A DNA stretch of 64,000 nt, taken from contig CAYNCK010000075.1 in assembly GCA_964396095.1 (NCBI GenBank), positions 8,626-72,625 of the forward strand, given 5' to 3'. Each line of letters opens with the position of its first letter. The stretch's first letter is position 1. Below, piece after piece: positions 9,081-17,894 of the stretch. A model generated the notes under the pieces. The model was not told the origin of the DNA, made no database searches, and saw only the letters and a list, made by a program, of their open reading frames with translations. The translations under genes and the position numbers were made by a program. Source of the stretch: an uncultured Methanosarcinales archaeon (GTDB lineage Archaea > Nanobdellota > Nanobdellia > Woesearchaeales > GW2011-AR4).

Positions 9081-9998
9081 ATGAAGCCAGTAAGCCACAT
9101 AAAAATAACAAAAGGAATGAGTGTCAATGAGTTAGTTAAACAGATGGATTCTGCAGGAGTTCTTGGAGCTGGAAGGCTTGGAAAAGCAGTTAATATCTGC
9201 GAAGCAATGATAAAAGACAAAGAATGTAAGGTATTTCTCGGGCTTGCAGGCCCTCTTGTGCCGGGAGGCATGAGAGAAATAATAATTGAATTAATAGAAA
9301 ACAAATGGGTTGATGTCGTAGTCGCAACAGGCGCAACTTTGACGCATGATCTTGGAGAAGCGCTTGGCTACAGGCATTACCAGGGAAGTGCGAATGCTGA
9401 TGATGCAGAATTGCACAAAAAAGGCTTTGACAGGGTTTACGAATCGCTGATGCCAAACAAGATTTACGAGGGCATGGAAGATTTTATTTCAGAAAATTTT
9501 GAAAGCCTTAAAACAAAAATTTCAATCAAAGAATTTTTGTGGGAAATAGGAAGATTAACTCCAAAAAAATCAATATGCAAGGCTTGCTTTGAAAACAAAA
9601 TACCTATTTTTTGCCCTGCAATATCCGATTCAGGGATTGGATTGATGATTTGGGGACAATTAGCAAAAGGCAAGACATCAGAAACAAGGGCATTTGAAGA
9701 TTTGAAGGAGATAATTGACATTGCATGGACTTCAAAAAAAGCAGGAGTCATTTACTTTGGAGGCGGAGTCCCAAAAAATTACATACAGCAGGCAATGCAG
9801 CTAGCACCAAAATCAGCGGAATTCGGAGTTCAGATTACAATGGACAGGCCGGAGCCGGGCGGAAGCTCAGGCGCTGAATTAAAGGAGGGCATTTCATGGG
9901 GCAAGATGAACCCAAAGGCAAAGTTTGTTGATTTGATTTGCGATGCAACGATTGCGATGCCCATTATTGTGGCTGCACTGAAGGAAAGAATAAAATAA
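9081..9998 (+). CDS. dys: Deoxyhypusine synthase.
   Basis: FLGLAGPLVPGGMREIIIELIENKWVDVVVATGATLTHDL and GGGVPKNY match DHS. 305 aa. The conserved upstream element lies at 9008-9039. Confidence 0.85.
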   Translation: MKPVSHIKITKGMSVNELVKQMDSAGVLGAGRLGKAVNICEAMIKDKECKVFLGLAGPLVPGGMREIIIELIENKWVDVVVATGATLTHDLGEALGYRHYQGSANADDAELHKKGFDRVYESLMPNKIYEGMEDFISENFESLKTKISIKEFLWEIGRLTPKKSICKACFENKIPIFCPAISDSGIGLMIWGQLAKGKTSETRAFEDLKEIIDIAWTSKKAGVIYFGGGVPKNYIQQAMQLAPKSAEFGVQITMDRPEPGGSSGAELKEGISWGKMNPKAKFVDLICDATIAMPIIVAALKERIK

Positions 9999-10163
9999 GA
10001 TTGATTAAATTATTTTTTTAATATTTTTAAATTAATGGCAAAGAATATTATTGCGGTAAGAAATCATCTAAAACATAAAAAATTAAATAAATTTCACATT
10101 CATTAAAACATTACAAAAACTAATATTGAAAAAATAATCAAAATAAAACTTTCAAAAATAAAA

Positions 10164-10928
10164 ATGCTGACAATCCGACAAATTAAATCCATGAAAGCCA
10201 AGGAAAAAATAGCAATGCTGACTGCTTACGATTTCCCTACTGCAAAATTGATGGACGGGATTGTTGATATAATTCTGGTTGGAGATTCATTGGGAATGGT
10301 TGTTTTGGGCTATGAGAACACAACAAAAGTTACAATGGACGACATGCTAAGGGCAACAGGCGCTGTGGCAAGAGGGGCAAAAAATACGTTAATTATAGGC
10401 GATATGCCAATCGGAACTTACGACAATAAAGAAAATGCATTAAAAAATGCAAGATTATTCTTAAATGCTGGTGCGCATGCAGTCAAGATGGAAAAAAAGC
10501 CTGAGATTGCAGAATACTTAGTTAAAAACAAGATTGAAGTTATGGGGCACATAGGATTAACCCCACAGACAATAACAAACTTCAAAGTCCAGGGAAAAAA
10601 TGATGAAGATTCCAAAAGATTGATTGAAGAGGCTCTTCAGCTTGAAAAAGCAGGATGCTTTTCTTTGGTTTTGGAGTGCATACCATTGCATTTAGCCAAA
10701 ACAATTACAGAAAAAATAAAAATTCCCACAATAGGCATAGGGGCTGGAATTCATTGCGACGGGCAGGTTTTGGTCACAAATGACATTCTTGGATTGTATG
10801 GGGATTTCAAGCCGAAATTTTTGAAAAGGTACGCTGAAATTGGAAATGAAATGAAAAAAGCTTTTGAAGAGTATGCTAAAGAAGTTAGGGAAAAGAAGTT
10901 TCCGGATGACGGGCATAGCTTTCATTGA
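10164..10928 (+). CDS. panB: 3-methyl-2-oxobutanoate hydroxymethyltransferase (ketopantoate hydroxymethyltransferase).
   Basis: MLTAYDFPTAKLMDGIVDIILVGDSLGMVVLGYENT is a near-consensus PanB N-terminus. Confidence 0.9.
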   Translation: MLTIRQIKSMKAKEKIAMLTAYDFPTAKLMDGIVDIILVGDSLGMVVLGYENTTKVTMDDMLRATGAVARGAKNTLIIGDMPIGTYDNKENALKNARLFLNAGAHAVKMEKKPEIAEYLVKNKIEVMGHIGLTPQTITNFKVQGKNDEDSKRLIEEALQLEKAGCFSLVLECIPLHLAKTITEKIKIPTIGIGAGIHCDGQVLVTNDILGLYGDFKPKFLKRYAEIGNEMKKAFEEYAKEVREKKFPDDGHSFH

Positions 10929-10938
10929 TAAGTTTGTT

Positions 10939-11313
10939 TTAAGGTTTACGCCACCCGTAATTTTTTGGCTTATAGACTTTAATTCCTTTAGAGCTTCCGA
11001 GTTTTTCTAATTGTTCAGCAATCATTTTCTGATACGGAGAAATAGCAAATAGATTCATATCCCAAAAGCTATCATTTAATCTATCTGGAAATGATGAAGG
11101 CTTGCCACCTATTCTAAAAATCTCTTCAATGTAAATAGTTTGAGTTGATCCATCAACACTATTCCATGGGTTATTAGTTATATTAACCCTTATATGAGTA
11201 ACTCCACGCTGTGAATAGAATTCAATAATATTTTCTATTCCTTCAAGGTAACCACCTTTACTTATGGCATCCACATCTGTGTGGAGCCCAAATAGATATC
11301 CTGTTAGTGTCAT
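10939..11313 (-). CDS. Hypothetical protein, possibly a remnant of a larger enzyme.
   Basis: 124-aa ORF with no recognised motif. It lies between panB and trmB with a 190-nt downstream gap. Confidence 0.35.
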   Translation of the reverse strand: MTLTGYLFGLHTDVDAISKGGYLEGIENIIEFYSQRGVTHIRVNITNNPWNSVDGSTQTIYIEEIFRIGGKPSSFPDRLNDSFWDMNLFAISPYQKMIAEQLEKLGSSKGIKVYKPKNYGWRKP

Positions 11314-11503
11314 TTTACCCTAAAATAATGCGCCTCAATTTTGTAAGGAAAGTCTTCTCTTAAATTTTCTAATAAAGTTTTATTTTTTAGTTTTTTATCT
11401 CCTTGTCAGGCTTTTTGTTTACTATTGCCTTTTCTTCTATTATTAATCGTTCACAAATTTCAATATTTTAACTTCTAATTTGGATATTTTTAAATATAAA
11501 ACT

Positions 11504-12055
11504 TCAATCTTTAATTAGCCTAGGCAAGCCAACTTCATATCCATTTTCAACAAGCCAATGGACGAATTTAATTCCCCTGTAACTCATAAAAGGTTTACCT
11601 CTTAATATTGCCTGTTTCAATTGACTGAAGTATTCCGGCAATATTCCTAACTCTTCAGCTATTTCCATATAAAACCCTCTGGTTGAAATTACGCGCATTA
11701 CTTCCTCCCTATAAGGCTCTAAACATATTTTTAGTATTTTTTCCTTTGTAGTTTCATCTAAATTATTTTTACTAAAATATCCTGAGCTGTTTATTAATTT
11801 AGAAACCTTAAATTGTCTGATATGTTGATGATAACTAGTTACATCTATGAAACGCTTGTCAATTTCATTACTAGCTTTATCAATATAGGCAATTAAATTA
11901 ATTTTAGAATAACTGTTCAAATTTGAAAATTTGTCATTCAAAGCAGCTAGTATATCTATTAATTTATCTACACTCAGATTGTACTTTTCTGTCAATAATT
12001 TATTTTGCGATTCTTGAAATTCGCCGATTGTTTTAATTTTATCATCAATTGCCAT
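11504..12055 (-). CDS. Hypothetical protein.
   Basis: 183-aa ORF with a coiled-coil-like N-terminal half and no recognisable motif. Confidence 0.4.
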   Translation of the reverse strand: MAIDDKIKTIGEFQESQNKLLTEKYNLSVDKLIDILAALNDKFSNLNSYSKINLIAYIDKASNEIDKRFIDVTSYHQHIRQFKVSKLINSSGYFSKNNLDETTKEKILKICLEPYREEVMRVISTRGFYMEIAEELGILPEYFSQLKQAILRGKPFMSYRGIKFVHWLVENGYEVGLPRLIKD

Positions 12056-12119
12056 TTCCGCTCCAATTAAAATTTATTACTAATAAATAGTAAGAATTAT
12101 CAATATTTAAACTTTAGGT

Positions 12120-12134
12120 GTCCAATAATTGGAC
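12120..12134. promoter_or_regulatory. Perfect 15-bp palindrome GTCCAATAATTGGAC about 45 nt upstream of the trmB start. Candidate autoregulatory operator.
   Basis: Seen directly in the sequence. TrmB-family regulators bind palindromes in their own promoters. Confidence 0.35.
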
Positions 12135-12178
12135 TACTAACAGATAAATTATTAAAGAAGAGCAAACTAATTGAATAG

Positions 12179-12934
12179 ATGGAAACAAAAATACTAGAAA
12201 AAATTGGGTTAAGCAAGGCAGAAATAAAAGTTTATCTTGCCCTGTTAGAATTAGGTTCCGTGCCTTCCGGAAAAATAGTAAAGGAAACAGAATTCAGGAA
12301 ATCGACGGTCTATGAAAGCATAAGGAGATTGCAGGAAAAAGGGCTTGCTTCTTATGTAATAAAAGGAGGCATGAAATATTTTGAGGCGGCAGAGCCAAGC
12401 AGGATTATTGAGTTTATACATGAGCAAAAAAGAAAACTTAATGAAACTGAATTAGAAGCAAAAAAATTAATTGTTGATTTAAAAAAGGGGTTTGATATTT
12501 TAAAGCCAAGTGCAGAGGCGCATGTCTTAATTGGAATTGAAGGATTCAAAACAATGAGAAGGGATGTCTTAAGAAATGCAAAGAAAGAATTGCTTCTTAT
12601 CGGCGCAATATCAGGGGAAGACGAAGTGATGAAGGGATTTTTTGAGGAATGGAACAAGTTAAGGCAAAAAAAGAAAATTTACCTGAGAATCCTGCATAAG
12701 GCGAGTGCCAGAGAGAAGGCGATGTCTAAAAAAGAATTTATGGGTAAATATTTTGAAACAAAATTTCTGCCAGAGGAACTGGAAAGCCCTGCAGTCATAA
12801 ACATTTACGGAGACAGAGTTGTAAATCTTGTATGGAAAAAAAACTACCCAATTTGTTTCATGCTGATAAACAAGGAAATCGCCGATGCACACAGAAAGTA
12901 TTTTGAATATTTGTGGAGATTAGCCAGGCCATAA
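12179..12934 (+). CDS. trmB: TrmB-family transcriptional regulator.
   Basis: N-terminal TrmB HTH (LSKAEIKVYLALLELGSVPSGKIVKETEFRKSTVYESIRRLQEKGLASY) plus a C-terminal sensing domain. 251 aa. Confidence 0.75.
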   Translation: METKILEKIGLSKAEIKVYLALLELGSVPSGKIVKETEFRKSTVYESIRRLQEKGLASYVIKGGMKYFEAAEPSRIIEFIHEQKRKLNETELEAKKLIVDLKKGFDILKPSAEAHVLIGIEGFKTMRRDVLRNAKKELLLIGAISGEDEVMKGFFEEWNKLRQKKKIYLRILHKASAREKAMSKKEFMGKYFETKFLPEELESPAVINIYGDRVVNLVWKKNYPICFMLINKEIADAHRKYFEYLWRLARP

Positions 12935-12969
12935 ACATTTATAAACCAATATTCTATATTTATTTGTAT

Positions 12970-14208
12970 ATGGAAAAGTTAATGTTCAAAGGTAAGGTTA
13001 TAGTCATAGGAATAACAGGAGGAATTGCATGCTACAAAGTTCTTGATTTGATAAAAGAACTCAAAAAGCTTGGCTCCAACACCCATGTAATTATGACTGA
13101 GCATGCCACGCATTTTGTTGACATCCAAGAATTTCAAAAGGCAAGTGGAAATGAAGTCCATACAGAATTGTTTCATCCAAAAGTGAACTATAAGGACTAC
13201 TTAAAGAAAAACAAGCCCATAAAGCACATTTCTTTAGCTGACATAACTGATTTATTCTTAATATGCCCTGCGACTGCAAATGTAATTGGTAAAATTGCAA
13301 ACGGGATTGCAGATGACCTGCTGACAACATCCATAACAGCAACAATTGCCCCAGTTTTGATATGCCCTGCAATGAATGTAAAAATGTGGAAAAACCCGAT
13401 TGTGCAGGAGAATGTGAAAAAACTAAGAAGGGCAAATTATCATTTTGTCGAGCCTGAATACGGGGAATTGGCCTGCGGCTACAAAGGTGTCGGAAGGCTT
13501 GCAAACTTAAAAAAAATTACAGATAGAATAATGCTGTTATTAAAGCAAAGAAATGACCTGAAAAATAAAAAAATCCTTGTAACTGCTGGAGCCACATTTG
13601 AGGAGATTGATCCTGTAAGAATCATAACAAACAAAAGCTCTGGAAAGATGGGCACTGCAATTGCAGAGCAAGCTTTTCTAAGGGGTGGTGATGTTTTTTT
13701 ACTGAATGGAAATAATTCAGTGGAGCCTAGTTACAACATCAGCCATGAAAAATTCACAAACGTAAAAGATTTATTCAGTAAAATTAAAAAAATTATAAAA
13801 AAATATGATATAATTATCCATTCTGCTGCGGTTTCTGATTTTGAAATTAATGATAAAATGAATGATAAAATTAAAAGCACCGGGCAGCTTCGCTTGGAAT
13901 TTTCACCTACAGCAAAAATATTTGAAAAATTGAAAAAATTAAACAGCAGGATATTTCTGGTCGGGTTTAAAGCCGAATACAATCTGCCAAAAAATAAGCT
14001 CATAGAAAGTGCATACTGGCTCCTAAAATCCGCAAACGCCGATTTGGTCATTGCAAATGACGTCGGGAAAAAAAATGCCGGGTTTGATGTTGACACAAAT
14101 GAGGTTTTTATTGTAGATAAGGACAAAAATGTTTATAATGTATTTTTATCTGATAAAAAAATTGTTGCAGATAAAATATTGGATGCTATAATAGCAAAAC
14201 TCAAGTAA
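12970..14208 (+). CDS. coaBC: Bifunctional phosphopantothenoylcysteine decarboxylase / phosphopantothenate-cysteine ligase.
   Basis: Flavoprotein domain KGKVIVIGITGGIACYKVLDLIKEL and CoaB domain KKILVTAGATFEEIDPVRIITNKSSGKMG. The start is placed at the internal Met (MEKLMFKGK) to avoid overlapping trmB. Confidence 0.85.
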   Translation: MEKLMFKGKVIVIGITGGIACYKVLDLIKELKKLGSNTHVIMTEHATHFVDIQEFQKASGNEVHTELFHPKVNYKDYLKKNKPIKHISLADITDLFLICPATANVIGKIANGIADDLLTTSITATIAPVLICPAMNVKMWKNPIVQENVKKLRRANYHFVEPEYGELACGYKGVGRLANLKKITDRIMLLLKQRNDLKNKKILVTAGATFEEIDPVRIITNKSSGKMGTAIAEQAFLRGGDVFLLNGNNSVEPSYNISHEKFTNVKDLFSKIKKIIKKYDIIIHSAAVSDFEINDKMNDKIKSTGQLRLEFSPTAKIFEKLKKLNSRIFLVGFKAEYNLPKNKLIESAYWLLKSANADLVIANDVGKKNAGFDVDTNEVFIVDKDKNVYNVFLSDKKIVADKILDAIIAKLK

Positions 14209-14209
14209 A

Positions 14210-15046
14210 ATGAATTCTGCAAAAGCATTTGCACCTGCAAATATAAGCTGCATTTTCGGCATTTACAGCCACAAAAATCCAAGATGGATGGGCTCTTACG
14301 GATTGGGGTTTACTATAAATAAAGGCGTTGTTGCAGAAACATCAAAATCAAAAAAAACAGAGATTTTTTTCAATAATGCCCATATAAATTTCCCGACAGT
14401 TAAAAGCGTAATTAAAAGATTAAACGTTAAAACCATAACCATCAGTATAAAAACTAAACTTCCGCTTGGCTGCGGCTTTGGGCTAAGCGGAGCAAGCGCA
14501 TTGGCAACCGCTTACGCATTGAACAAATTATTAAAACTGAAAAAATCAAATAAGGAATTAGCTATCATAGCCCATACCGCAGAAGTGGAAAACAAAACAG
14601 GATTGGGTGATGTGGTGAATCAATTTTACGGGGGCTGCTGCCTAAAGCTAAGGCCAAGCTCTCATTTTATTGTCAAAAAGCTCCCATTAAATAATGCTGA
14701 TGTTTACTGCAGGCACTTCAGCAAAATATCCACTAAATCAGTAATTACCAATCCTAAGTTAAAAAATAACATCAACAAATCTGCATCAAAATGGCTAAAT
14801 AAAATCGAGATAATGGTAAAATCCCATAAAAATATAAAATTTAAGGAATTAATAGAAATTTCAGGAGGATTTGCAGTTGAAAGCAGACTAATGAAAAATA
14901 AAAGAGTAATAAAAATTATTAAAAGTATCAAAAAAAATAATGGAAATGCCTCAATGATAATGCTCGGCAATGCAGTTTTCAGCGACATGCCATTCAAAGG
15001 CGCAGGTAAATTCAAAATATCAGAAACAGGAGCGCATTTGATATGA
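14210..15046 (+). CDS. GHMP-family kinase, probably archaeal pantoate kinase (PoK).
   Basis: GHMP motif LPLGCGFGLSGASALATAYA. It sits between coaBC and a putative PPS gene in a CoA cluster. Archaea phosphorylate pantoate (COG1829) instead of using PanK. Confidence 0.6.
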   Translation: MNSAKAFAPANISCIFGIYSHKNPRWMGSYGLGFTINKGVVAETSKSKKTEIFFNNAHINFPTVKSVIKRLNVKTITISIKTKLPLGCGFGLSGASALATAYALNKLLKLKKSNKELAIIAHTAEVENKTGLGDVVNQFYGGCCLKLRPSSHFIVKKLPLNNADVYCRHFSKISTKSVITNPKLKNNINKSASKWLNKIEIMVKSHKNIKFKELIEISGGFAVESRLMKNKRVIKIIKSIKKNNGNASMIMLGNAVFSDMPFKGAGKFKISETGAHLI

Positions 15047-15780
15047 ATATTCCTAAATCACATCCAAGGTATGCTTCATTAAAAACAAGGGAATTGGTAG
15101 TTGTTGGAATAAAAGAGGGTGTAACATCAATTGACGGGCTTATTTCGCAGGGAAGGGGCGAAGCATTTGATTATCTTCTCGGGGAAAAAACCAATGATTT
15201 TGCTAAAAAATCAGTTGATAGTTCTGCTGCCCTCTTGCTGTTGGCAAAGCATCCGGTTATTTCAGTAAACGGAAATGCAGCTGCACTGGTCCCAAAAGAG
15301 CTGGCAGAATTGTCAAATATTCTTGATGCGCCTCTGGAAGTTAATATTTTCCATCCATCCTCCCAAAGGGAAATAAAAATAAAAAAATATTTGTTAAAGC
15401 ATGGTGCAAAAAAAATTTTGCTGCAGGACAAAAGATATAAAATAAAACATCTTGAATCAAACAGAAAATACGCCAATCCTGATGGGATTTTAAAGGCTGA
15501 CGTTGTTTTTGTTCCTCTTGAGGACGGTGACCGGGCAGAGGCCCTAATCAAAAATGGAAAAAAAGTCATAACAATAGACTTAAACCCATTGTCAAGGACA
15601 GCGCAAAAATCTACTATAGCAATTGTTGACAATATTATAAGAGCAATGCCGCTGCTGCTAAATCAAATTAAAAAATTCAGGAAATTAAAATTGACGGAAA
15701 AACATCTTGAAGCCATATATAAACATCACAATAACAAAAAAAGGCTTGCATTGGCAGTTAAAGCTATTAAAAAATTATAG
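15043..15780 (+). CDS. Putative 4-phosphopantoate--beta-alanine ligase (archaeal phosphopantothenate synthetase).
   Basis: 245 aa, translationally coupled to the GHMP kinase through a 4-nt overlap. Its size and position fit COG1701 PPS. This call rests on context, not a motif. Confidence 0.5.
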   Translation: MNIPKSHPRYASLKTRELVVVGIKEGVTSIDGLISQGRGEAFDYLLGEKTNDFAKKSVDSSAALLLLAKHPVISVNGNAAALVPKELAELSNILDAPLEVNIFHPSSQREIKIKKYLLKHGAKKILLQDKRYKIKHLESNRKYANPDGILKADVVFVPLEDGDRAEALIKNGKKVITIDLNPLSRTAQKSTIAIVDNIIRAMPLLLNQIKKFRKLKLTEKHLEAIYKHHNNKKRLALAVKAIKKL

Positions 15781-16431
15781 AATATGCCTCAAAATTTCCC
15801 TCAAATCCTTCTTGTCAACTACAACATCGGCAATTTCCTTTAATTCATCGCACCTGCAGTTGAATGCAATCCCCATTCCTGATTCTTCCATAATTTTCAT
15901 GTCGTTAAGGTAATCGCCTATAAAAACACATTCCTTAAGGCTTATTTTTTCCCTTTCAGCAATTTTTCTCAAAGCCAAAGCCTTGCCTTCCATGTCATAC
16001 TCAGTAGCATCAACGCCACTTATTCTTCCATTATTGTCAAAATGAATTCTGCTCAAGAAAACATCGTCAAAATATTCTTCGTAATTTGGGATAAATCTTT
16101 CAAGAACCACGTTTAACGAGCCGGATATGACAGCTAGCTTCAGATTATTTTTTTTTAGCTCATTTAATGTTTCAATAGCACCCTCCATTAATTTCAATTT
16201 GGATAAAGCCTTGAAAAAATCCCCTTTATTAGCGTTGACTTCTTTCCAGAGGTTTATATCATGCTCGGCCCACTGCTTGTAGGTTATTTGCCCGTCAAAA
16301 AACTTTTTTCTGGCATCCTCTCGTTTGTGCACATCAGTCTGGAAATAATCATGAAATACCTGCCAAGAGAACGTGACATTGTCAATCAAGGTACCGTCAA
16401 CATCAAAGCACACAAGCTTGTATTTTCCCAT
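15775..16431 (-). CDS. HAD-superfamily hydrolase, subfamily IB (phosphoserine phosphatase-like).
   Basis: Motif I CFDVDGTLID, motif III K...GD..ND (FIGDYLNDMKIMEESGMGIAFN). Confidence 0.7.
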   Translation of the reverse strand: MGKYKLVCFDVDGTLIDNVTFSWQVFHDYFQTDVHKREDARKKFFDGQITYKQWAEHDINLWKEVNANKGDFFKALSKLKLMEGAIETLNELKKNNLKLAVISGSLNVVLERFIPNYEEYFDDVFLSRIHFDNNGRISGVDATEYDMEGKALALRKIAEREKISLKECVFIGDYLNDMKIMEESGMGIAFNCRCDELKEIADVVVDKKDLREILRHIL

Positions 16432-16474
16432 AAATACAAGAAATTTATTTTATTTTTAAATATATTGAATAAAT

Positions 16475-16834
16475 TCACTTGCAGCACTTATGAAACTCAT
16501 CCTTCATTTCGTAAAATAGAACGCAGAATTTCTTGGTTTCAATCTTTACCTCTTTTTGCCCTTTTTTAGTGAGCCTGTATTTTTTCGTCTTGCTGCTGCT
16601 TTTTATTTCCTCTATAAAACCGTTCTCGCTCAGCATCTTAAGCACAGGGTATATTGTTCCAGGGCTTGGCTTTGTTCCCCTTCTTAACTCTATAACTTTC
16701 CTTATTTCATCCCCGGACATGCTCCTTTTGCTTATGAGCTTCAGCACTATAAAGCTCAGAAAACCCTTCATGTCACAGCACTTCTTCATATATGGAATTA
16801 AAAAATGCAGGTTTATATACTTTTCCTGGCGCAT
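16475..16834 (-). CDS. PadR-family transcriptional regulator.
   Basis: Winged HTH region MKGFLSFIVLKLISKRSMSGDEIRKVIELRRGTKPSPGTIYPVLKMLSENGFIEE. The true start is probably the internal Met MKKCC or MKGFL. Confidence 0.75.
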   Translation of the reverse strand: MRQEKYINLHFLIPYMKKCCDMKGFLSFIVLKLISKRSMSGDEIRKVIELRRGTKPSPGTIYPVLKMLSENGFIEEIKSSSKTKKYRLTKKGQKEVKIETKKFCVLFYEMKDEFHKCCK

Positions 16835-16903
16835 ATATCGTAAAACCGATATATTTAAATATTAGCATAATATATCAAATGCCTGAATATCGTAAATCCG
16901 ATA
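16835..16903. promoter_or_regulatory. Two copies of the palindrome ATATCG-taaa(a/t)c-CGATA(T), ~51 bp apart, in the divergent PadR / Cys-rich gene promoter.
   Basis: 16835-16852 reads ATATCGTAAAACCGATAT. 16887-16903 reads ATATCGTAAATCCGATA. Both are dyad-symmetric. Confidence 0.4.
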
Positions 16904-17016
16904 AAGAAATTGGAGGCTAAAACAATGGGAAAAGGAAAAGGCTGCTGTTAACTGGCTTGATTTTTTATTTTTTTATCATAATATATAATTTAAAAACTAA
17001 TGGAGGCTGATTAAGA

Positions 17017-17316
17017 ATGGGAGAAGAATGTAGTGAAGGAAGTTGCTGTGAATCCGAAAAGGAATGCTGCGGCAGCAAAGGCTGCTGCGAAGAAGAAAAA
17101 AGCATGGGCGCAATGATAATGAAGCTGGCGAATGAGGCATGGGACGATTTAATGAAAGAAAAGATGAAATCTTCATATGAAAAAGCAATGGGCTCCAAAA
17201 TGGACAAAGCTGCCCAAATTGGAGTAGAGGCTTGCATTATGTACTGGGGCAATAAGATGAAGGGAAAGGTTGCCTGGGCAGAATTCGAGGAAAAGCTAAG
17301 TAAAGCAATGATGTAG
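17017..17316 (+). CDS. Cys- and Met-rich small protein, a putative metal-binding or sequestering protein (metallothionein-like N-terminus).
   Basis: The N-terminus MGEECSEGSCCESEKECCGSKGCCEEE has 9 Cys in 24 aa. The rest is unusually Met-rich (MGAMIM, LMKEKMK, AMGSKMDK, IMYWGNKMKGK). An 8-codon mini-ORF MGKGKGCC lies upstream at 16925-16951 with a near-identical RBS and start context. Confidence 0.5.
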   Translation: MGEECSEGSCCESEKECCGSKGCCEEEKSMGAMIMKLANEAWDDLMKEKMKSSYEKAMGSKMDKAAQIGVEACIMYWGNKMKGKVAWAEFEEKLSKAMM

Positions 17317-17392
17317 ATAATCTTCAGGTTAGTTTGTCCGGACCGGATTATCCTCTTTATCCGGCCTGCTTGACTTTTAATATTGATGATTT

Positions 17393-17890
17393 ATGGAATA
17401 TGAAACAAGGCTGGAGCGCGCAAAAGCAATTTCTGACATATTCACAATAGTGCAGGACATGGTATCGGAATTTCTTGGAACTGACCAGGCAGGATTGCTT
17501 CTTGGAATGACCGATCTTGGAGAATTCGGAAGCGGATTTTTGGGAGCATTCTATTCCCTTGATGCAAATATGATTATAATAAACAAAAGACCGCTGGGAA
17601 GAATTCTGCAGACAAACCCGAAATTATACAATTATTACCTGTTTCATGTTATTTTGCACGAGTACATTCATTCCATAGGCTCTTTTGATGAGGCACAGGC
17701 AAGGCAGATTGTTTTTGAATTAAGCAATCATTATTTCAGCAAGGGGCATTTAGTTACTCAGCTTGCATCGAACATAGAAAAATTCCTGCCTAACCTCGCA
17801 TATCCTGCTCAGGGATTTCAGCCACCGCAAGATATAAATATAGAGTTCGTGAAGGGAATTGACAGGAAGAATACAAATTATATAGGGTGA
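17393..17890 (+). CDS. Hypothetical protein with an HExxH motif, a putative zinc metallopeptidase-like protein.
   Basis: HVILHEYIHSIG contains H-E-x-x-H. 165 aa, with no other recognisable family features. Confidence 0.45.
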   Translation: MEYETRLERAKAISDIFTIVQDMVSEFLGTDQAGLLLGMTDLGEFGSGFLGAFYSLDANMIIINKRPLGRILQTNPKLYNYYLFHVILHEYIHSIGSFDEAQARQIVFELSNHYFSKGHLVTQLASNIEKFLPNLAYPAQGFQPPQDINIEFVKGIDRKNTNYIG

Positions 17891-17894
17891 TACA

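Noticed and set aside
16925-16951. An 8-codon mini-ORF MGKGKGCC upstream of the Cys-rich gene, considered as an independent gene.
   Set aside because: It is too short to call as a CDS. It is more plausibly a duplicated start region or leader peptide, and it is noted within the PadR / Cys-rich finding instead.
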